A stretch of DNA of 64,000 nucleotides, taken from assembly GCA_937907455.1 (NCBI GenBank), contig CALESQ010000082.1:10898-74897 (forward strand), written 5' to 3'. The notes under the pieces were generated by a model, which was not told the DNA's origin, searched no databases, and saw only the letters and a program-made list of their open reading frames with translations. The stretch is from an uncultured Caldilineales bacterium. Lineage in GTDB: Bacteria; Chloroflexota; Anaerolineae; JAAEKA01. Below, piece after piece: positions 57,699 to 64,000 of the stretch; position 1 is the first letter of the stretch; each line of letters opens with the position of its first letter. The position numbers and the translations under genes were made by a program.

Positions 57699-59396
57699 AT
57701 GACAGACCCCCATTTCCACCCCCTTGCCGATGCGCTGCACGCCTGGGAAACCGGCGATCTGGCAAAGTCCACCGAGCGCGCGCCGGAACGCGCGGAAACC
57801 GAGGCGTTTCCGCGGCTGGCAACACCACTCGATGCCGGGCCGCAGCCGCCCGCTGCGGCTGATCAGCAATGGTATCTGGACAAGCTGAGCTTTCCCGGCC
57901 AGTATCCCTTCACGCGCGGGGTGCAGCCCACCATGTACCGTTCCCGCTTCTGGACGATGCGCCAGTATGCGGGCTATGGCACGGCGGCCGAGGCCAACGA
58001 GCGCTTCAAATACCTGCTGGGCCAGGGTCAAACCGGCCTTAGCATCGCCTTCGACCTGGCGACACAGATCGGCTACGACAGCGACGACCCGCTGGCTGCG
58101 GGCGAGGTGGGGCAGGCAGGCGTGGCGATTGACTCGCTGGCTGACATGGAGGCGCTACTCGACGGCATTCCGCTGGACAAGGTCAGCATCAGCATGACCA
58201 TCAACGCGCCGGCCAGCGTGCTGTTGGCGATGGTGATCGCCGCGGGCGAGGCGCGCGGCGTGCCTGCGGCCAAGCTCACCGGCACGATCCAGAACGACAT
58301 CCTGAAGGAATACGTCGCGCGCGGCACCTACATCTTCCCGCCCGGCCCCAGCGTGCGCCTGGCCGCGGATACCATCGCATTCTGCGCGCGCGAAGTGCCG
58401 CGCTGGAACGCGATCAGTGTCAGCGGCTACCACATCCGCGACGCGGGCAGCACCGCCGCGCAGGAGATGGGCTTTGCCATCGCCAATGCGCTGGCCTATC
58501 TGGACGCAGTGCTGGCGCGCGGCGTAGCGATTGATGACTTCGCGGGCCGCATCTCCTGGATTTTCAACACGCAAAACAACTTCTTCGAGGAAGTCGCCAA
58601 GTACCGCGCCCTGCGCCGCCTGTGGGCCACGCTGCTCAAGGAACAGTACGGCGCGCAAAAAGCCTCCAGCATGACCCTGCGCACGCACGTTCAGACCGGT
58701 GGCGCGACCCTCACCGCGCAGCAGCCGCTGAACAACATTGCCCGCGCCGGCTTTCAGGCTCTCGCCAGCGTGCTGGGCGGCATCCAAAGCATGGCTTTGA
58801 GCTGCTACGACGAGGCGTTGGCGCTGCCCACCGAGGAAGCACAGGCCACCGCGCTGCGCACGCAGCAGATCATCGCCCACGAAATCGGCGTGTCCGAGGT
58901 AATTGATCCGCTGGCAGGGTCGTATTACGTCGAAAGCCTCACGGACCAGCTCGAAGCCGAAGCGCTGGCCCTGATCAACAAGGTGCAGGAGCTGGGCGGC
59001 TCGGTGCAAGCCATCGAAAGCGGCTGGATGCAGCAGCAGATCGCGGATTCGTCCTGGCGGATGCAAAAGGCTGTCGAGGCGGGCGAGCAGATCATCGTCG
59101 GCGTCAACGCCTACCAGTCGCCCGGCGAGGAACGGCCCGTGGGCATCTTCCGCCCCGACCCCGAAACCTACCGCACCCAGCACGCCCGCCTGGAGCAGCT
59201 CAGGGCGACGCGCGACCAGGCCACGGTGCAAGCTGCGCTCAGCCGGTTGCGCGCCGTAGCCCAGGCCCCCGCTGGCCCCGACAGCAACCTGATGCCGCCC
59301 ATTCTCGACGCGGTGCGCGCCTACGCCACGCTGGGCGAAATCTGCGGCGTGCTGCGCCAGGAATGGGGCGAATACGAACCGCCGACTGTTATTTAA
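57699..59396 (+). CDS. methylmalonyl-CoA mutase family catalytic (large) subunit with no B12-binding domain (IcmA/HcmA/Ecm-like)
   Basis: 565 aa; FPGQYPFTRG, MYRSRFWTMRQYAGYG, GQTGLSIAFD, TIQNDILKEY and RTHVQT match the mutase TIM-barrel domain; no Rossmann B12 domain. Confidence 0.85.
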   Translation: MTDPHFHPLADALHAWETGDLAKSTERAPERAETEAFPRLATPLDAGPQPPAAADQQWYLDKLSFPGQYPFTRGVQPTMYRSRFWTMRQYAGYGTAAEANERFKYLLGQGQTGLSIAFDLATQIGYDSDDPLAAGEVGQAGVAIDSLADMEALLDGIPLDKVSISMTINAPASVLLAMVIAAGEARGVPAAKLTGTIQNDILKEYVARGTYIFPPGPSVRLAADTIAFCAREVPRWNAISVSGYHIRDAGSTAAQEMGFAIANALAYLDAVLARGVAIDDFAGRISWIFNTQNNFFEEVAKYRALRRLWATLLKEQYGAQKASSMTLRTHVQTGGATLTAQQPLNNIARAGFQALASVLGGIQSMALSCYDEALALPTEEAQATALRTQQIIAHEIGVSEVIDPLAGSYYVESLTDQLEAEALALINKVQELGGSVQAIESGWMQQQIADSSWRMQKAVEAGEQIIVGVNAYQSPGEERPVGIFRPDPETYRTQHARLEQLRATRDQATVQAALSRLRAVAQAPAGPDSNLMPPILDAVRAYATLGEICGVLRQEWGEYEPPTVI

Positions 59397-59790
59397 GTAG
59401 ACAAGTACACAAGTAGACAGGTAGACAAGTAGACAGGTAGACAAGTACATAAGTAGACAGGTAGACAAGTAGGCAAGTAGACAAGTACATAAGTAGACAG
59501 GTAGACAAGTACATAAGTAGACAGGTAGACAAGTAGACAGGTAGACAAGTACATAGAGGACCATTTTGTGTACTCATCCCCGTGTACTTGTGTACTCATT
59601 CCCGTGTACTTGTGTACTCACTCCTTGTGTACTCATCCCTTGTGTACTTGTGTACTCATCCCTTGTGTACTCATCCCTGTGTACTTGTGTACTCATCCCT
59701 TGTGTACTCATCCCCTGTGTACTTGTGTACTCATCCCTTGTGTACTTGTGTACTCATCCCTGTGTACTCTCCTCAGGAGACCCCTATGCT
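59397..59790. repeat. two adjacent octamer-type tandem repeat arrays filling the mutase-hydratase intergenic region (GTAGACAa/GTACAtAa, then GTGTACTt/GTGTACTCATCCCt)
   Basis: Seen directly at 59398-59555 and 59565-59775; both contain the palindromic core GTAC. Confidence 0.8.
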
Positions 59791-60247
59791 CGACCAAAGT
59801 TACATTGGCAAGAAGCTGCCGACGATCCGCTATCAGGTGGATGCCAGCAAGATCCGTGAGCTGGCCGGTGCGCTGGGCGACGATAACCCGCTGTTCCATG
59901 ACAAAGCCGCCGCGCAGGCCGCGGGCTATGATGACATTGTAGCACCGCTGACTTTTCCCACGCTGTTCCGCTTCTGGGGTGGCACGGCCGCGGGCGCAGA
60001 AACGCGCAGCCTGCTGCAACAGATGGGCGCGAACGTGCTGCGCATCCTGCACGGCGAAGAAGAATACGAATACTTCAGCCCCTTGCAGCCGGGTGATGAC
60101 ATCAGCGGCGAACTGGAAATCCTCAGCATTGATCGCAAAGAGGGCAGTTCCGGCGCGATGGATATGGTCAAAACGCAGGCTACTTACCGCGATCAAAACG
60201 GCGATGTGAAGGCGATCACCCGCGCCACGATGGTGGTGCGGTGGTAA
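59786..60247 (+). CDS. MaoC-like dehydratase, N-terminal-type (non-catalytic hot-dog) subunit
   Basis: 153 aa from MLDQSYIGKK; AGGAGA RBS; a hot-dog fold partner gene follows. Confidence 0.7.
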   Translation: MLDQSYIGKKLPTIRYQVDASKIRELAGALGDDNPLFHDKAAAQAAGYDDIVAPLTFPTLFRFWGGTAAGAETRSLLQQMGANVLRILHGEEEYEYFSPLQPGDDISGELEILSIDRKEGSSGAMDMVKTQATYRDQNGDVKAITRATMVVRW

Positions 60248-60313
60248 CTCGTAACTCGTAACTCGTAACTCGTAACTCGTAACTCGTAACTCGTAACTCG
60301 TAACTCGTAACTC
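60244..60313 (+). repeat. (GTAACTC)x10 perfect heptanucleotide tandem repeat; its first unit overlaps the TAA stop of the preceding gene
   Basis: Seen directly; related CGTNTTA x4 at 60352-60378 and gtaactcgtaacc at 57603-57615. Confidence 0.9.
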
Positions 60314-60426
60314 GAAGCATACCATCCTTGCAGTCTGTGATGTCAAATCCGTGTTACGCATTACGTATTACGTGTTACAGAACGCTGATAGGTCCGCCTG
60401 CCATTGGCATGGAACGAGGATAATTC

Positions 60427-60840
60427 ATGACCCCCAACTACGAAACCATCCAGGTTGGCGACGCGCTGCCCAGCCTGAGCAAGCCCGCGATCACGGAAGT
60501 GCAACTGGTGCGCTACAGTGGTGCGAGCGGCGACTTTAACCCCATCCACACCGTGCATCAGGCGGGCGTGGACAGCGGCAACGGCGGCGTGATTACGCAC
60601 GGCATGGTGATTATGGGGTTCGTCGGCCAAATGATCACCAATTGGGTGCGCCCTGACCAGGTGCGCAAGTTCGGTGTGCGCTTCACCGGCATCAGTCGGC
60701 CCGGCGACGAGATCACCGTCACGGGCAAGGTCATCGAGAAGTTCATGGTGAACGGCGAGCCGCGCGTGCGCTGCGAAGTAGAAGCCGCGGATCAGGCTGG
60801 TCAGCGCAAGGTGAAAGGCGAGTTCGTCGCCGCGCTGTAA
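60427..60840 (+). CDS. MaoC family (R)-specific enoyl-CoA hydratase, catalytic hot-dog subunit
   Basis: SGASGDFNPIHTVHQAG...ITHGM hydratase motif (D...H). Confidence 0.75.
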   Translation: MTPNYETIQVGDALPSLSKPAITEVQLVRYSGASGDFNPIHTVHQAGVDSGNGGVITHGMVIMGFVGQMITNWVRPDQVRKFGVRFTGISRPGDEITVTGKVIEKFMVNGEPRVRCEVEAADQAGQRKVKGEFVAAL

Positions 60841-61056
60841 TTCTCTTCTTAATCCCAAGAAATTTGTAGCTGTCACTACATCTTTTTGCAGCGATCAACG
60901 GTATGCTTGCTTAAGCACGCGTCCAGGAATAACTCTCGAAATAGCCGGGTCATCAATTGCGCACCATCCCGAAGTCGCCGGTCAAAACAGGATGTTATTC
61001 TTGGCTAGTTCTAAGCAAAATCCTTACCCTAAATCGTTTTCAACAGGAGATAAAAG

Positions 61057-61545
61057 ATGACAACAAAGACTTTCAACACCAGCATTGATTTACCTGCTAA
61101 GACTCGCACGGCTATGGTGGCATTGCTCAACCAGCAATTGGCCGATAGCAGCGATCTATACACCCAAACCAAACATGCCCATTGGAACGTCAAAGGCCCG
61201 CAGTTCATTGCGCTGCATGAGCTCTTCGACGACTTAGCCGAAGGGCTTGAAGGACACATGGACGAAATCGCCGAGCGTGCATCAGCACTGGGCGGTCACG
61301 TCATGGGTACAGCACGCATGGCCGCGGCTGCCTCTACCCTGCCTGAGTATCCTGCAGGCGTGTTTGGCAGCATGGAAACCGTCGCTGCATTGGTCGAGCG
61401 CTACGCCGCGCTGGCCAAGTCTACTCGGGCCGCCATTGACACTGCGGACAAAGCCTCAGATGCAGACACCGCCGATCTATTCACGGGTGTTTCCCGCTTC
61501 CTGGATAAGTCCCTGTGGTTCCTGGAGGCTCATACACAGGCGTAA
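61057..61545 (+). CDS. dps: Dps (DNA protection during starvation) ferritin-like protein
   Basis: HWNVKGPQFIALHELFDD...ferroxidase residues; 162 aa. Confidence 0.85.
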   Translation: MTTKTFNTSIDLPAKTRTAMVALLNQQLADSSDLYTQTKHAHWNVKGPQFIALHELFDDLAEGLEGHMDEIAERASALGGHVMGTARMAAAASTLPEYPAGVFGSMETVAALVERYAALAKSTRAAIDTADKASDADTADLFTGVSRFLDKSLWFLEAHTQA

Positions 61546-61614
61546 AAGCTTGCTTCAATACGCTAACGAGCCTTGCCGTGTGGCAAGGCTCGTTTCTTTA
61601 ATGCGAGGAAAACA

Positions 61615-61893
61615 ATGGATTTTCATCTCGACGATCTTGTCTTGCGCCATAACAAAGAAGAAAAATGCTTTGAAGCCCTGCTCCAGGACCATCGGTTGGC
61701 TCATGTGCAGTACCAGTGCGAGCCGGGACGCATGATATTTACTCACACCGTGGTGCAACCTGCGGCCCGCGGCAAAGGGGTAGCCGGCCAGTTGGTGCAA
61801 CACGCACTGAACTACGCCCGCGCTGAAGGGTTGACTCCTGTGCCGGTCTGCTCCTACGTCCAGCGCTACTTAAAGGAGCATCCGCAGGCATAA
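61615..61893 (+). CDS. small GNAT-fold N-acetyltransferase (YjdJ-like)
   Basis: 92 aa from MDFHLDD; GKGVAGQLV acetyl-CoA binding motif; GAGGA RBS. Confidence 0.55.
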   Translation: MDFHLDDLVLRHNKEEKCFEALLQDHRLAHVQYQCEPGRMIFTHTVVQPAARGKGVAGQLVQHALNYARAEGLTPVPVCSYVQRYLKEHPQA

Positions 61894-61990
61894 CCGGCAC
61901 AGAATGGCAAAGCGAGCTTTGCTCGGCTTGACGCTGTGGTTATTTTGCCTATAATTCGTACCGTACCAACAATGAACGGTTGGCAGGCCG

Positions 61991-62020
61991 ATCCGCCCTT
62001 GCAGGCGGATTGTTTTTTTA
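61991..62020 (+). terminator. intrinsic terminator (gatccgccc-ttgc-aggcggat followed by TTTTTTT)
   Basis: GC stem plus a T-run, seen downstream of the GNAT gene. Confidence 0.6.
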
Positions 62021-62031
62021 CCAGAGGCTTT

Positions 62032-63687
62032 ATGCAGCGGCGCAATCTCCTTCAACTTTATCGCGACGAATTCTCCAACTACAACGCGGCAAAATTTCGG
62101 CAGGATTTGCTGGCTGGGCTGACCGTGGCCGCAGTAGCCCTGCCGCTGGCACTGGCCTTCGGCGTGGCATCCGGCGCATCCGCGGCCGCGGGTCTGGTGA
62201 CGGCGGTACTGTCCGGTCTGCTGATCGGCCTGCTGTCCGGCGCGCCCTATCAGATCTCCGGCCCGACCGGCGCGATGAGCGCGGTGCTGATCGTGCTGGC
62301 CCAGCAATACGGGCTAGCAGGTATCTGGCTGGCAGGCGCCATTGCGGGCGTGCTGCTGCTGGTGATTGGCATCCTGCGGCTGGGGCGTTTCATTGCCTTC
62401 GTGCCTGCGCCTGTCATTACCGGCTTCACCTCCGGCATTGCGCTGATTATCTTCATCGGCCAGATTGACAACTTCCTGGGCACGAAAACGCCGGGCGCTG
62501 ATGCAGCGCTCTTCAAGCTGTTGGGTTACACCAAAGGCGGTTTCAACATAGATTGGCACACGGCCGTGCTGGGCCTGGTGGTGATTGCCACCATGCTGCT
62601 GTGGCCGAAACGGTGGGCGCTGCGTTTCCCCTCGTCGCTGATGGGGATCATCGTGGCGACCGCCCTCAATGCCCTGCTCGGCTGGCCCGTACCGGTGATC
62701 GGCGACATCCCCAAGACCCTGCTGCTGGCCGAGCGCCTGCACCTGAGCGACTTCGCCGCGGTGGACTTGCGCGGGCTGGTCGCGCCGATCCTGTCCATTA
62801 CCGCGCTGGGGGCGGTGGAAAGCCTGCTCTGCGGCGCGGTCGCCAGCAACATGACCGGTATTCGCTTGCAGGCCAATCAGGAATTGATCGCGCAGGGCGT
62901 CGGCAACATCGTGATCCCCTTCTTTGGCGGCGTACCCGCCACCGCAGCCATCGCACGCACAAGCGTGGGCATCAAGTCGGGCGGGCAAACGCGCCTGGTC
63001 AGCATTATCCACGCGCTGGCATTGCTGGCTTCGATGTTCGTGCTTGCACCGGTGATGTCGCGCATTCCCCTCAGTGCGCTGGCTGGCGTGCTGATGGTGA
63101 CCGCCTGGCGCATGAATGAATGGTCCGGCATTCGTTCGATTTTCAGCCACCGCTTTAAGACTGCCATCCTCACCTTCATTGTTACGTTGCTGGCGACTAT
63201 CACTTTCGACCTGACACAGGCTATTCTGATCGGCGTGTTTATCTCCGGGCTGTTCTATCTTAGCCAGAGTGCCAGCATTGACATCACCGTGCAGCCTGTG
63301 GATGCAGAAAAGCTGCGCCAGCGCGGCATCGGCGTAAAGGGCGATTGCCGTCATGTCAAAGTGGCGTACCTGACCGGCCCGCTGTTTTTTGCGGCTACAG
63401 GCAATTTCAGCGAAGCCTTTGCGCAACTAGAGGGCACTCAGGTGTTGATTCTTTCCATGCGCGCTGTGCCGTTGATTGACATCAGCGGGCTGGAGGCAAT
63501 GGCCGCGCTGCACAAACGGTTGCATGCTGTCGGCGGCGTGTTGATGCTGGCCGCGGTCAACGACAAGGTACTCAGCTATCTGCACCGCGGCGGTCTGACT
63601 GAGGAAATCGGCGAAGACTGCATTTTCTGGAGCGCCGATCAGGCGATCCTCGCCGCCGAAAAGCTGCCATGTCACTACTGTCCATAA
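62032..63687 (+). CDS. SulP family anion transporter with a C-terminal STAS domain
   Basis: 551 aa from MQRRNLL; SulP TM core and STAS (VLILSMRAVPLIDISGLEAM). Confidence 0.85.
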   Translation: MQRRNLLQLYRDEFSNYNAAKFRQDLLAGLTVAAVALPLALAFGVASGASAAAGLVTAVLSGLLIGLLSGAPYQISGPTGAMSAVLIVLAQQYGLAGIWLAGAIAGVLLLVIGILRLGRFIAFVPAPVITGFTSGIALIIFIGQIDNFLGTKTPGADAALFKLLGYTKGGFNIDWHTAVLGLVVIATMLLWPKRWALRFPSSLMGIIVATALNALLGWPVPVIGDIPKTLLLAERLHLSDFAAVDLRGLVAPILSITALGAVESLLCGAVASNMTGIRLQANQELIAQGVGNIVIPFFGGVPATAAIARTSVGIKSGGQTRLVSIIHALALLASMFVLAPVMSRIPLSALAGVLMVTAWRMNEWSGIRSIFSHRFKTAILTFIVTLLATITFDLTQAILIGVFISGLFYLSQSASIDITVQPVDAEKLRQRGIGVKGDCRHVKVAYLTGPLFFAATGNFSEAFAQLEGTQVLILSMRAVPLIDISGLEAMAALHKRLHAVGGVLMLAAVNDKVLSYLHRGGLTEEIGEDCIFWSADQAILAAEKLPCHYCP

Positions 63688-63697
63688 AAATCACTGG

Positions 63698-63726
63698 TTG
63701 ACACCTCCAGAGGGGGAGGCTATAAT
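63698..63726 (+). promoter_or_regulatory. perfect sigma70 consensus promoter (TTGACA, 17 nt, TATAAT) opening an AT-rich region
   Basis: ttgacacctccagagggggaggctataat seen directly; about 135 nt upstream of the methyltransferase ATG. Confidence 0.5.
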
Positions 63727-63864
63727 GAAACAGACAAGCCATCAGAGGCGGATAAGCTATTTATCTCGTCAGCCAAGATTCAGGCCAATCCATCACACTC
63801 TTCTGATTTTTATAAATAGCTAAGTCCTGTAAGCCTGTTTTTAGTAGACTGCAAAAGACTCGAC

Positions 63865-64000
63865 ATGGCAACCTACAGCGATACCCATAAAAAAGCACAA
63901 CTGGGCCAATTTTTCACACCTCAGGCTATTGCCGATTTTATGACAGCGCTTTTTCCCCCCGCGCGCGGCTCCTGTCGTTTATTGGATGCCGGCGCGGGCA
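63865..64000 (+). CDS. N6-adenine DNA methyltransferase (Eco57I/HsdM-like), 5' part only
   Basis: MATYSDTHKKAQLGQFFTPQAIADFM...LLDAGAG; preceded by a low-GC region. Confidence 0.6.
   Translation, partial: MATYSDTHKKAQLGQFFTPQAIADFMTALFPPARGSCRLLDAGAG

Noticed and set aside
59389-59942. ORFs encoding YLSTCLPVYLCTCL-like and CTHPLCTCVLIP-like peptides
   Set aside because: They are translations of octamer microsatellites on both strands, with no start or RBS context.

Overview
The window is 64 kb of GC-rich (about 62%) bacterial chromosome in which housekeeping genes are interleaved with accessory DNA. The organism cannot be placed from sequence alone; gene content is compatible with Chloroflexota-like or other GC-rich soil/thermophile lineages.

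Confident housekeeping genes: dcd, an MFS transporter, SufE, a YitT-family membrane protein, hutU, secA, asd, rtcB, a thiolase, trxB, rsmD, a cytochrome P450 with a divergent TetR regulator, dps and a SulP transporter. There is also a glycosyltransferase/methyltransferase operon (19.2-23.8 kb, minus strand).

Accessory content:
- 10.7-18.7 kb: an array of at least five orphan RHS/YD-repeat C-terminal toxin cassettes, each followed by a putative immunity gene, with an embedded PIN-toxin/antitoxin pair. The tips include an HExxH metallopeptidase-like domain, a GIY-YIG-like nuclease and two membrane-active domains. Several cassettes share a 34-nt frame-breaking hairpin insertion exactly at the core/tip junction. 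No full-length rhs gene is present in the window.
- 27.2-28.9 kb: a REP-associated tyrosine transposase (RAYT) gene next to a roughly 1.2 kb REP/REPIN array.
- 18,976 and 52,180: two copies of a 168-bp MITE-like element with target-site duplications.
- Octamer and heptamer simple-sequence arrays; the GTAACTC family recurs at several loci.
- 35.2-36.0 kb plus downstream genes: a PspA/vWA/solute-binding-like/membrane coiled-coil operon.

The most novel-looking system is at 52.6-60.8 kb. It is a compact cluster that reads like a variant ethylmalonyl-CoA pathway: a bona fide crotonyl-CoA carboxylase/reductase fused to four CBS domains, a short acyl-CoA dehydrogenase, an unusually long CitE/HpcH-type lyase, a mutase catalytic subunit with no B12-binding domain, and a split MaoC hydratase. 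Repeat arrays are embedded between its genes.

No rRNA, tRNA or CRISPR was recognised.
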